DNA from: Mytilus trossulus | Taxonomy: Eukaryota | Direction of reading: 5' to 3' | Length of the DNA stretch: 64,000 nt | Assembly (NCBI RefSeq): GCF_036588685.1 | Contig: NC_086380.1 | Span: 32,674,001 to 32,738,000, forward strand | Shown: positions 12,602-25,479 of the stretch, in pieces | Position numbering within the stretch: position 1 is the first letter of the stretch | Layout: the number at the start of each line of letters is the position of its first letter | Notes under the pieces: generated by a model | Database searches by the model: none | What the model was told of the DNA's origin: nothing | What the model saw: only the letters and a program-made list of their open reading frames with translations | Made by a program: the position numbers and the translations under genes

Positions 12602-15600
12602 TCACCGTTGTTTACGAGGTTTGTAAATATGTCTTGGAATACAACCACTAAATACTTCAATCTGGAAAATAGAATTAATACAAATGTCATTCAATATGTT
12701 TATTGCAAACATATGTAAAATTGTGTGAAACAAGGTTATTAATTTACATAAAAACAAATGCATCTCATCAACATAGGTATAAAATCATTCTGTCACGCAA
12801 ATTGTACATGTATATCAGTACAAAAACATGCTTATGGAGATATGTCTCGTTGGCAATCATACCAAATTTTCTTTTTTATATTATTTAATATGACCGACAA
12901 GTCAATGTCTGTTTATAGCGTGCTAGTTCATACGACGATTTTATTCTGACTTCGAGCAGTCTAGTTTTTTTTCTCACTCCATATTGTCACGTGCTTAGTG
13001 GCCAATTGAGTAAGCTAGGAAAGCCTGATTCTTAACAGATGCTCACAAAATTTATAAGCACTTGTCCTCCCAAATGTCTCCCCTAAATAAAACCTTCATC
13101 ATGACGATCATTTAAATTGCTTGCGTTTAAAATAATCGCAGACATAATAAAGGTCTCAAATGAAAATATGTACTGGAATATGAATTTAATATCTATTCTT
13201 ATAACGCATTTAATTCAACTGGAACTTTACCAGGATTCTTCGAATCAAAGATATTTTATCGTGGAGAATAGATTAAGTACGTTTTAGAGAACTTGGCCTT
13301 AAACAATTCGTTCAAAACTTGTAAAATCAACAACACAATGTCTCTTTGATTGTGATTCTGTAAATTCAATCAACACACAGCTCCAGTCAAATCATATGTG
13401 TTTTCAAGTAAAGTAAGAACAGATTCTGCTGGTATAGAGATAAAATTGAAAATAACATTTAACTTACACTATCTATTAAACCTGTGTATCCTGAACCAGG
13501 TTTAGGACAACCACCTATTACAATAGCATTTGATCTTGTTTCTAGCATACCTGAAAATTAAGAATGATATCTAAAAACGTCTTGTTCCTTACACAAATAA
13601 ACAATTTCATAAGTCATGTTTATTAAATTAATTTGAAACTATTTATAAACCGAGGACACAACACCCAGTTAGTCATTAATAGAAACCATTTACAGTTCCA
13701 TCTGTGATATGATCAGGTGCATATTACATTCCGAAGTCGTCAATATATCAATGATTGATCCTGTAATGTTTTGTTACCCTTTCTCCAAGTTGCACATTTT
13801 CAAATGACTCTTTTCTATGTATATCACAAAAAGTTATGTCATTTTCATTTTGGCTTTCAGATATTCTTAGCTAAAATTTCATAACAATAAGAGTTATACC
13901 CATTCACAATTGGATTGTCATTTGAAGACATCTCAACACTCAGACGAATTAAAACTGAATCAACTTACCTCCCAACGGCTTTCTAGATCTATAACCATCT
14001 ATTGACGCAACGAAACTGTTACCATCATACACATATGTTAAGTCATTCCAAGAGTATGGCTATAAAAATAAATAATTATTGCATTACAACTGTTACCATC
14101 ATACACATAATTATGTTATGTCATTCAAAGAGTATGGCTTTAAAATAAATACATATAAGTGTTTTAGCTTTAAACTGAAGACAGAAGGACACAGTCCCAA
14201 AAAAAAGGGCATCAATATATAAAATGTGATAAAAAATTGATGTTAACAGATTTAAACGTTTATATTAAACAAATGTACAAATGTAATTGATTAAATGTGT
14301 TCAAGATATGACCGTTTATGCAATTGGAATAATAACATAAAAGTGATTAAACTAGAAACATATAAACAAAGCTATTGGCCTTTTCATCTAAGTACATAAT
14401 GTCCTAAATATTCGTCTAGCAAAGTATAGCAATGCTCTTTTCTAATATAAATTGCAAAAAATTCAACCGATTTCATGCACACAAAAAAGGAAAAAAAAAG
14501 GTAAAAAAAATATCCCCAAAAACCAGATATTGGTATGGTAACGATTAGTTGCACACAACACGGGTACGTCATTATACATTTAAGTGTTACTTACATCGAA
14601 ATGACTTGTGATAAATGTTCTTCTACTAAAACTGTTACTTTTGGCTACTAATTTCACTTTATGATTTTCTAATCCTATTGCAACTGTTGCAGTTCCCGTC
14701 ATGCCACAGTTCGAAATCAAATTTCCCTTTTCTGTTGCTTTTGGATCCGGTTTGAATCGTAATCGAATGGCCAATTTCGTTCCAAGTTCTTTATTCATAA
14801 ATCCCCACAGAGTTATGCGCCCATTTCCATTGAATTGTGCAGCTCCATCATTGATAACAACATTGTGTACATCGAACGCCATATTGGAACCTGACAACTC
14901 CTTGAATCCGTAGTTGAAATTCATATAGAAATCTGGCTGACATTCTGAATAAGAAACTAAAGTTTGAAAATCACTGACGTTTTTTGTTACCAATATTTTC
15001 CGGTTTGAAACGAAAACATCGAGCATAGAAATCGTGCACAACTGATTACGTCACAATATATTGATAAATAATTTCTAAAATCAAGGTCAACAGGAATTGA
15101 GGTATTATAAATGAATCCAATATTTCCCCGTTTTCAATTGCATAAATTGATACATGCTTCCCAACATCGAGTTAAGTCGAGCATTACATTGTCATGAATA
15201 CCACGTGCAGTCATAGTTTTTGTATTCTAAACGGAAATAAAATATTGAATAGTAGTGCCAAACTTTGATATCAGCCAATCAAAACTAAGGTTTACAATGA
15301 AATATATATCTAATATAATTATACACGTATGGAAGAGGGACGAAAGATACCGAAAGAGACAGTCAAACTCATAGATTTTTTCCTCCATAATAAAAATTCT
15401 CAAAAATACAATGTTACTGATAGATTAGTCTTATTACTTTGCACGCATATTTTACTCCATACTGACTCTACACTTGAAATTAGCATTCCCTATGTTGATT
15501 CAATTTTTGTATTTAGAAAGCAGAACAACCATTTTTAAATTATCATCAAATTGTAGATGGGAAACGATGTGCTCCAATTCTGTATTTCTTCATTTTAAGG

Positions 15601-18600
15601 ACATGCCCTTTATTTCTTATATTTATATTTAGCACCTCATTATTCCGTATTATTTCTTTTTTTATTACTTTCCTTAATTGTTATTTTGTTTTTTTGCCTT
15701 TTTATTTTGATTATTACTCTCTATTCTGCGAACCCCCTTTAAACCCTCCAAAATTTAACAGTTATTTTAATGATGCTCACCTCTCATTCTACGTCTACCA
15801 CTACGCATCGGTCCTGATCCTCTTCTACATCCACACTGTCTTGCACTGAATACAGTTCCTTCTGGACAAGCTCGAATTCTTAATCCATTATATTCCAAAG
15901 TTAGATAACCGTGTGGATTGTATTCATCAGGTAAGAATTTACATGCTATAAGAAGAAAATGCCTTATTTCAGTCACAAAAACATAGCAATTTAATAAATA
16001 TGTCAAACCATTTATTGTATGCTACAGTTTTCCCAAATATTGACCCATGTTCTCAAACCTGATTGATAAAATAGGCATAGACACTTCATCAAAAACACTT
16101 GGAAGTTATTTCGAAAACATATATAGAGATTGTAATAATACTAAGATGGACGTCATCCTTGAAATAGTAGTACCAGTTTTATGCACATTTCGACAATTAG
16201 TGTCTCTTCGGTTATGCTTGAGTACAAAAATGCATAGCACATTATTTTTTTGAGAAAAGGGTGAGATAACTGAATTGAATGGAACAGCTTCATTTTGTTC
16301 TATTGAAAATTAATAAAATCTTACCTTGAAATCGCATTCTATTTTCAATATCATAAGGGGTCAAACAGTTGTCCCGGCATGTTGGGTCCGGTACACACCC
16401 ATAGTTGTTATAACGGTAGCCTTTCTCGCAACACATAGGAACAGATATTCCGTAGTCACAACGATAGTAAGAACGACATCCACCTGTTCTGTTGTATTGT
16501 ACCATATCTATATCCAAACATGGATCTGAAAGTCAAACAAAAAATATTACATTCTAAGACATAACAAATTTTAAATCAACTTATACAGAAAATAAAATCT
16601 ACCGGGGTATACACTGTATGCACTGTTATGTTACATTATATTATATTTAACCCCTCCATAGCATTTTTATAGCTCAATAAGTGTTTCGGTACTTATACAT
16701 CCTCAGCTTTCAAATATGTGGCTCTAATCGTTCTTGATGAATGCATATATATTTTTGTATTTGTAATTGTAATCATAGCAACAAGTTACTTGTAAAATAA
16801 TATTTACCATCATAACAAGGAACCTCTGCAGGTGGTCGACAAAGTACTTGGTCCTGATGCCAGAAATATCCGTAGGGACATTCTCTTTGCACCGCAACAA
16901 CTTTTCCATCGGAATGGAAACATTGAACTAATTTATCGCAATACCCAGGATACTCAGCATAACCAATTCCGTCAATAAACATACTATTGCCACACAATGC
17001 TACAAGAAAATATTGTTGTGAAGATAACTTTTTTAAGATGTTTATGTTGACCTCAAATACAGCTCATTTTTAAATCATTTATGGTCTCACTGAAATCTTT
17101 TGAAATAATGAAAAGTGTTTTGAGATGATCAACTTTTGTGATAAAATCTTATTTTGTTTATAGCAGTATTTTTATATCTGTGATTTTTCGATATTTCTTA
17201 TTTTTCATATGTTAAATGTTGTAGCATATACATTGAATGTGTTATAATATCGTTTTTAAAATGGTCATGCGTTTATGACGGGTAGATTTCTTATTTTGAC
17301 ATTAGTTACGAATTGATTTTGTTTTGATATTTGGTGTTCAAGCTATTTACCGTCCAAACTTATTTGAATTCGAATGGTTTTTTTTGGTTAAAAGAGAAGC
17401 TTGTTTGTTGTCTCATTGATTTGTACTCCAAATATACGTGTATATGACCTTTGATAAGGATGGTTCGATTGTTGTTGTATTATATCGTCCGAGATTGTAT
17501 ACATTCAAAATACTGACACATGATAAAACTACTTACTTTCTAAAGCTGGAGAACTGAATTCTGGTTCATATTCTCCCACTAGATTATGTTTTCTGTCTTG
17601 TTGTGTATTTTCAGCCCCTCTGGACATGTCAAATTTATTGCTCATCTGCTGTTGTCTTTGATGAATCTGCATACTTCTGTCATATAAATCCCTTGAGAGT
17701 TCGTTCGTTGTTTCCATTGTCCTCGTTGCTACTCTTGATGTTTTTTCAGGTTTTAACCCGGTCACTCTGACGTCGGTTGTTTCAAGTCTTCGCTTCAGTT
17801 GAGGTTTTTCGGGTCCTGTATCAGTGACGTATGTTTCTGGTAATGCAGTTTTTTGTGTTTCTTCAATTGTTGGTTTGTCACGTGGTTCAAGTGTTTGTTT
17901 TTCGGTCTGTTTTATTTCTGTAACAACTACTTCCGGATCTTTAATTGTCATTTGTTGTTCGGTTGCTTTACCTTGCATATTGTTTTTTACAAGTAAATCG
18001 GGGTTTTCGATTGTTGTATAGACAGGTTCAATACTTGCTTTCTCAGTTCCTTCAGTTTGTAGTACTGTGTTGATTTGTATTGGTTCAGTAGCCGTTGAAT
18101 CAACAACTTCCTGTTTCTGCTCAACTAATCTACTTGCTGGTGCTATTTTAGCTGATTCGGTGTTAATATTTTGTTCATCAATTACTGGTACAGATTGTGA
18201 TTCACTACCAATGAATGGTGATACTGTAGTGTTTATATCAGGTACAGTAGTGTCTGCTATTTTAGCCGATTCAGTATTTGTATTTTGTTCATCAATTATT
18301 GGTACTGATGGTGATTCACTACCAATGAATGGTGATACGGTAGTTTTTATATCAGATACAGTAGTGTCTGCTATTTTAGCTGATTCGGTGTTTATATTTT
18401 GTTCATCAATTATTGGTACAGATGGTGATTCACTACCAATGAATGGTGATACGGTAGTGTTTATATCAGGTACAGTAGTGTCTACTATTTTAGCTGATTC
18501 GGTGTTTATATTTTGTTCATCAATTACTGGTACAGATGGTGATTCACTACCAATTAATGGTGATACGGTAGTTTTTATATCAGGTACAGTAGTGTCTGCT

Positions 18601-21600
18601 ATTTTTTCTGATTCAGTATTTATATTTTGTTCATCAATTACTGGTACTGATGGTGATTCACTACCAATGAATGGTGATACGGTAATTTTAATAACAGGTA
18701 CAGTCGTGTCTGCTATTTTAGTTGATTCAGTATTTATATTTTGTTCATCAATTATTGGTACTGATGGTGATTCACTACCAATGAATGGTGATACGGTAGT
18801 TTTTATTTCAGGTAAGATAGTGTCTGTTATATTAGTTGATTCAGTTTTTATATTTTGTTCATCCAAAGTTAACGATTCACTAGCAATAGATGGTGATAAG
18901 GTAGTCGTTATCATAGGTTTAGTAGCGTCTGTATGTTTTGATGTTTCGAGTGGCAGGTCATACTTTTCTGTATTTGTAATACCTTTTATCTCATACTGTG
19001 GAGTTTCATCAATCTTCTTAACTGTTGTTGTCTCATCAGCTGCTGGTATGATATCTACTTTATCTGGTGTGGCGGAAAACACTAAATCGACATTAACTGT
19101 TTCTGGAGACAACTCTTTAATAACGACCCCATCGACATCTTTAGATATCACGGTATGATCAATTGATGGAGATCCTTCCACTAGAGGTTTGTTGTTAGAT
19201 AGTAACTGTTCGTCGCCTATTTTAAAGCTGGTTGACTGCTCAGACATTGTCTGTTGACCTTCAGTTTCCATTGGGATTGTCGATTCAAGATTTGTAGTTT
19301 GGGTGAAGGATTTTTCCGAAATGTCCTTTTCCGCTGTGACCGGTATAATGCCGTCAGTTAATGTAGAAGTTTCTGACACCGTATCAGTTGCTTTATATTG
19401 TACCACAGGTACCTCTTTGATTAATACAGATGTGTCTGGCTGATCCAAACCTGTTTCAGTAGCAGTTTCGGATTGACTGGGCATATATACAACCACTCCC
19501 TCTTTACCTACGAGTTGATCTGAAGTCTGAACAGATTTTGTTTGATGACTTTTAGGTTGGCTTGACTTGTCTGTGAATGCCTCCTCAGTAACTTGCGAGA
19601 CAGCAAGGGTATTTTGTAGATTTTCTTTAGTACCTCCAAGCAGATCAGATTGTTGTGAATCTACAGTTTTAGATTCAAGAGATTGACCCAAATTACTTAC
19701 AGATGAAGTATCCGATTTATCCAAGGAATTTGTATGTATAACGCCAGAAGCTGCTACCTGTTCGCTTTTGAGTAAGTTGTCTTCATATAAGGTCGCTGGA
19801 ATAACAATAGCCTCAACATTTTGAGACTTTGTAATTGTACCTTCAGGTACTGTTGCATCCAATGTTTGTGCCTGATCGATTGAAATAGACTTGCTATCCA
19901 CAACTGCTTCAGGTTTTGTTGCCACAATGCTATCCAAAACTGTTTCGGTGTTTGTTGCTGCATTGCTATCAAAAACTGCATCAGCGTTTGTTGCAGCTTT
20001 GCTATCCACAACTGCTTCAGGTTTTGTTGCCACAATGCTATCCAAAACTGTTTCGGTGTTTGTTGCTGCATTGCTATCAAAAACTGCATCAGCGTTTGTT
20101 GCAGCTTTGCTATCCACAACTGCTTCAGGTTTTGTTGCCACAATGCTATCCAAAACTGTTTCGTTGTTTGTTGCTGCATTGCTATCAAAAACTGCATCAG
20201 CGTTTGTTGCAGTTTTGCTATCTACAACTGCTTCAGTCTTTTCTGCAACATTGCTATCCAAAATTGTTTCGGTGTTTGTTACTGGATTGATAACCAAAAC
20301 TGCTTCAGTCTTTGTTGCTGTATTGCCATCCACAACTGATTCAGTGTTTGTTGTTGCCTTGCTATCTAAACCTGCATCAGTAGTTGCTGTCTTGCCCACT
20401 AAAACTTCTCCAGTGTGTGTTAGTGCCATGCTATCAAAAACTGCTTCAGCGTTTGTGGCTGCATTGCTATCCAAAAGTGCTTCAGTGTTTGTGACTGCTG
20501 TGTTATCGACAACTGCTTCAGTATTTGGTATCGTCTTGCTTTCCAAACCTAATTCAGTTTTTGGTGCTGTCATGCTATCTAAAACTGCGCCGGTATTTGC
20601 TGTTGACATGCTATCTAATACTGCTCCAGTGTCTGTTGCTGTATAACTATCCAAAACTGCTTCATTGTTAACTGCTGTCTTGCCATCTAACACTGCTTTG
20701 TTATTTTCTGCTGCCGTGTTATTCAAAACTGCTTCGTTGTTTGCTGCTGCTGTATTATCCAGAATTGTTTCAGTGTTTACTGCTGTCTTACGATCTAAAA
20801 CTGCTTCATTGTTTACTGCTGTCTTACTATCTAAAACCGCTTCGTTATTTACTGCTGCCGTACTATCTAAAATTGATCCAGTGTTTGATGCTGTATTGCT
20901 ATCCAAAACAGTTTCAGTGTTTGGTGATGTCTTGCTATCTAAAACTTCAATGTTTGTTGCTGCATTGTTATTTAAAACTACTTCAGTGTTTGGTGATGTC
21001 TTGCTATCTAAAACTGTTTCCGTGTTTGTTCCTGCGTTTTTATCCAAAACTACTTCAGTGTTTGGTGATGTCTTGCTATCTAAAACTGTTTCCGTGTTTG
21101 TTCCTGCGTTTTTATCCAAAACTACTTCAGTGTTTGGTGATGTCTTGCTATCTAAAACTGTTTCCGTGTTTGTTGCTGCTTTTTTGTCCAAAACTACTTC
21201 AGTGTTTGGTGATGTCTTGCTATCTAAAACTGTTTCCGTGTTTGATCCTGCGTTTTTATCCAAAACTACTTCAGTGTTTGGTGATGTCTTGCTATCCAAA
21301 TCTTCTTCAGTGTTTGTTGCTGCTTTGTTATCTAATACTGCTTCTGTGTTTGTTGCTGCATTGGTATCAAATACTGCTTCAGTGTTTGTTACTACATTAC
21401 TATGAGGAATAGCTGTAGGTACATTCTCATTCAAACTGGCCCCTTCATTCACTGGTATGTGATCATTTAAAGAAGGGTTTTCCTCTATTGCTCCTTCTCT
21501 GGTAATACTTTGTACAGCATTTGCTGGCAAGTCTTCAAGTGGCATTGGAATAGATAATCCACCAGGCGCGATCGGAGCTCCTCCAACCGCCTTATCAGTT

Positions 21601-23345
21601 AACTGTTGTTCACTGATTGTTTGTTCTATCACGTCACTTACTATTGTCGTATCTTTATTCGGTTCTTGTACAACAGGTCCGCTTATTTCAGGTACACTGA
21701 TTTTTTCAGAGGTTATAGATTGATCAATCACGCCTTTGTCCAATGTTGTATCTTTATTTGATTCTTCTAAAACAGTTCCACTTGATCGAGGTGCACTGAT
21801 TGTTTCGAAGGTTTTAGATTGATCTATCAAGTCTTTGACCACTGGCTCTTTGTTAGTTCCAAATGGAGCGGCAATGTAGGTTTCAGGGGTTTTAGATGAT
21901 TCATTAACGTCATTTGCTAATTGTGTATCCTTGATAGGTCCCTCAATAGGGAAATCAATGTATGTTTGGTTGTTCATTTCAGAGGTTCCCGAATTTACAC
22001 TGCCCGTTGCCTTTGTGATTTCATTATTTTTCGAAACGGTTCCGGTAGTTGTTCTTTCTGTTTCACTACCAGTGGCTATTAATTCTGTCAAAACCTTATT
22101 TTCAACATTATTTCCTTCGATCGGATTTGTTTGCATTTCAGTCGTAGCTAATTCATTAGTGAATGCAGGTACATCTTTGGGTATATTCTGTTCATTATCT
22201 GACCTCGAAGGCTTGTTAGAATCGACAATGGATGAATCTGTTAAAGTCCCCGAATGTTTTGCAATGTTTGTCGCAAATAACATTTCTGTTACGGGTTCCT
22301 CAAGTGCTGTTCCTTTTAATGGTTCAAATGCTTTTGAGTCTACAGCTTGACTGATAAAAGACTTATCTGATTGTTCTGTATTTGATGTTGCTGGAATGCC
22401 TACCTCTGTTTTAATTGTACCATCTATAGGAATACCAACCACTTGAGGGTTGGTTTGAATTGTTGGTGTCTGTACAGATTCTGTGGTCGTCAAAGGAATT
22501 GGTGGAACTTCATTGTTAATTCTTTTGACATCAACGAGATATTCTGGACGTACATCAACCAGTTCGGATTTGCTGGTGACCTTTTCGTCTGTTGTCTTTT
22601 GTTCCTTATCACCCAAAAATTTCAAAGAATAAGTGTTATCCTGAGCAGCTACAATATTTTCTCTTGGAACAGGTTCCATAATAATATAATTATTATCAGT
22701 ATTTATATTGGAATCAACCCTTGACCCTGAACTTGCTCTACGGAAGTGTGACATCGGTATTTTGATACCAGTAGATAAACCAGTTTGTTTTGATAACCGA
22801 GACTGGTTGTCTTTTATAGCATGGGGTGAGTTATGATTCAGTTCAATTATTTGAGTTTCAGGTATAACTACTGGAGCATTAAGAACTTTTGGATTACTAT
22901 CTAGTACATCCATATTTACGGGTGTATACGGCACAGGAACAGCTGGTATTTCGTTGGCAGACTGTTCTATCTTTGAATTTGTCGCTTTGTCCGTATTGGT
23001 TTCAGTTTCTTTATAATGGAATGTTCCAGTGTCCATCTTGCCTAAAGAAAGAGATGGTTGCTTCTCACTGGCGCTAAACCCTGATTCTCTCATATTGTGT
23101 TGTTTCCGTCTTTGTGTAGGTTCTGTCTGTGATTGAGAGCTAACAGTACTTCCTGGGGTCGACGTGTTAGGGTCGGCAGTAGGTGTAGGCTGTGGCTCTG
23201 CCCATCCAGTTACCGGGTTAATGTCATTTGTAAGAGTGTCCCATGATTTTCCTTGAACTTGACCTTCACCTTGAACTAGACCTTCACCTTGACCAGATGT
23301 TTTGGTACTGAACGACACCAGCAGAAGAACAGGAATCACAATCAT
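12602..23345 (-). CDS. Secreted Pif/BMSP/LamG3-family shell-matrix-like protein, ~2316 aa; complement(join(12602..12661,13468..13550,13969..14059,14595..14944,15781..15945,16325..16525,16808..16999,17537..23345))
   Basis: Hydrophobic N-terminus MIVIPVLLLVSFS; 5.8-kb exon of T/E/D/S/V-rich repeats; three Cys-patterned exons (CDKLVQC..CPYGYFW..C; C..CRSYYRC..MCC..C..C; C..ACPEGTVFS..C) resembling ChtBD2/peritrophin-A; then LamG/ConA-like exons (AQFNGNG, LISNC, WNDLTYVYDG, IVIGGC..GYTGLIDS-IEVFSGCIP). All junctions are GT/AG and total 6951 nt in frame. Confidence 0.88.
16181..16222 (-). ncRNA. Degenerate hammerhead copy (45445 family), intronic
   Basis: GCATAA-CCGAAGA-GACActaatTGTC-GAAA-TGTGCAT; core U4 changed and 3' arm of stem I lost. 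Confidence 0.55.
18140..18910 (-). repeat. Coding tandem repeat, 114-nt/38-aa unit (DEQNINTESAKIADTTVPDINTTVSPFIGSESPSVPII), ~6.5 copies
   Basis: Seven DEQN starts; ttgttcatca recurs at 18171 and 18285. Confidence 0.95.
19890..21400 (-). repeat. Coding tandem repeat, 36-nt/12-aa unit (e.g. DSKTSPNTEVVL, DSNAATNTETVL), about 42 units, with 72-nt and 108-nt higher-order blocks
   Basis: Visible periodicity; gctatccaca recurs at 19893 and 20001 (108 nt); alternating DSKTSPNTEVVL/DKNAGTNTETVL dimers at ~20970-21310. Confidence 0.95.
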
Positions 23346-23720
23346 AGTGATGTCTACAACATAAAAAGAAATTTCATATAGTTACGACAAAATAACATGT
23401 TAAGAGAAAAAAAATGAAACTCTGCAATATTGACTTAGTTTTTTACCCTGAACATTGAGTGAATGAATGTCTGTTTTCTAAACATATTGATCATCCCCTA
23501 TCATCTTCATTTTCATTTTAAATAGCAATGCGAAATGACAAGAGGATTTATCAAGGCGGAAGTAGTTTTCGATGGTTAAATCTCGAAAATCTATTAGGAA
23601 GAAACAAATCAAGGTAACATTTACAGACTTATGAGTTGCGTGCACTTTAAGGTAGTTAAAAAGGATTGTTTAGTACCATGATGACTCGTTCGAGTATGCC
23701 ATACTTAAAAAGTGGATGGT

Positions 23721-23867
23721 ATTTTAGCTACGAAAGGGATATATTCTGGTCAAGAAAGTAACATATTTTAGCTACGAAAGGGATATATTCTGGTCAAGAA
23801 AGTAACATATTTTAGCTACGAAAGGGATATATTCTGGTCAAAAAAGTAACATATTTTAGCTACGAAA
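23721..23867. repeat. 44-bp minisatellite, ~3.3 near-identical copies
   Basis: attttagctacgaaagggatatattctggtcaagaaagtaacat starts at 23721, 23765, 23809, 23853. Confidence 0.95.
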
Positions 23868-25479
23868 TGGAACTTTTTCTGTAAATATTTTATTAGTATT
23901 GAGATAAACATACTTGAAATGGATGTACACCTTGAATATTGCTTACATATTATGAAAATCTAAGAAAGAAAATTCGAAGTAACCGACAATCACAATCAAT
24001 TTGTGTTAGTCAAGATGATACACTGACTTTATTGTACACATTGTTCCTATTAAGTATTAAGTGTTTTTTTTCTTCTGATAAACACCGCGTATATCAAGCA
24101 AAACAACTACTTTGTCAATTCCATAATTAAATTCACGAAGACCTCATGTGTATGCTTAACATAGATTGGTTCTTTCGTAAACTATTATTTGTTCCTTTCT
24201 AGAAAGAAACATTTGTATGAACATTGGCCTTTTTCATGAAATAAAGTTGTATAAAGTTTAGAATAAGGAAAACTTGAGTTATAACGTTTGGTATACCATT
24301 TTCTACATTTGAAAATGCCTCTACCAAGTAAGGAATATGACAGTTTTCCATTCGTTTGATGTGTTTTATCCTTTGATTTTGCCATTTCATTAGGGACTTT
24401 CCGTTTTGATTTTTCCTAGGAATTCAGTATTTTTGTGATTTTTACTTTTTTTGTATTGTACCAAATACAGATGAGATGTAACTGCATGTACTTTTAAAGC
24501 TTTTTGAGGATTTAGTTGTTTGAAAAATAACACAAATGATGAACACGGGCACGAAGAATAACACGTAATGTAATGTAAAAAGTATACCTTAATTGTCAGA
24601 TTATTTAACAGTATCCTAACTGTTTTTACTTATGTACAAATTTAACAATTTTTTTCAACATTGATCTGTGTCCACACTTGTTAGTAGAACTAATAAAACA
24701 ACAGGTAAGATCAAAACAAATGTCGTCAGGTCAATTTTTTAAATCATCGACGCTAAAAAAAAAAAGCCTAAATAGTGTACTTTTGTCAGCTTGAAAGAGT
24801 TAGTTGAAATCGACACAATTGATAAATACAACATAAGATGTCAAAGTGTAATCTACAACAGACGTGTATGCAATATATTTTTCTCTAAATCCCATTGAAA
24901 CTATAAAAGTAGTTCCGGTCCCTCTGCCTTTTGATCCCGATCATTGTAAAAAGAGAAATTAGAACAATAGAAAAACTGACCTTTTTAATCACATCTTTAT
25001 GGATAACAATTACAAAAGTAGAATTAAAACGATTATAAACATACCCGTCTCATTTTATTTTTTTGCATTTACAAAACCCAAACTATATGAATTGATAAAC
25101 CCCGGGCCCGTATTTAAGGGGTTTTGGTGATTTATAACGGCCTTATTATTTTTCGTTTAATATATTGTCAGGGATCAGGCCATATTTTTTTTTTATTTTG
25201 TCACATATTTTGCAATGTCTTGCCGTTGATAAATAATTACACAAAAAACGTCCATATGTTTGTGATATTATGCCGTTATAAGTATGACCAGTTTATGATA
25301 TTTAATTGATAGCCATGCTGTAGAAGTATTTTAGTAATGAAAGTACTAAGCTCTTATAAATATGTGATTGATATCAGAATTGACCTCTGTTGGAATAACA
25401 TGACTGACTTTTACATTGTTTTATAACATTTTGGCTACTCTCAATTTAGAGAAATCTTTTATTAATAGTGCTGTATTTT

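Noticed and set aside
14945-15041. N-terminal part of the 153-aa ORF (likewise the extensions of ORFs at 15767, 16290, 16773)
   Set aside because: Intronic read-through beyond clear splice sites.
15185-15226. Extra exon candidate after a good acceptor between the 15781 and 14944 exons
   Set aside because: Stop codon in the required phase; flanking exons join in frame without it.
17824-22724. Long + strand ORFs (363, 251, 246, 223 aa etc.) and alternative-frame ORFs over the giant exon
   Set aside because: Antisense or off-frame shadows of the repetitive coding sequence; no independent protein features.
23721-23867. Possible CRISPR-like array
   Set aside because: Head-to-tail identical units with no unique spacers; eukaryotic context; no cas genes.
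25045-25053. ATG AGA CGG|GTATGT as first coding exon of the Pif-like gene
   Set aside because: Phase-0 splice to the 23353 acceptor gives ACA TCA CTA TGA (stop); the ATG at 23345 already begins a signal peptide.
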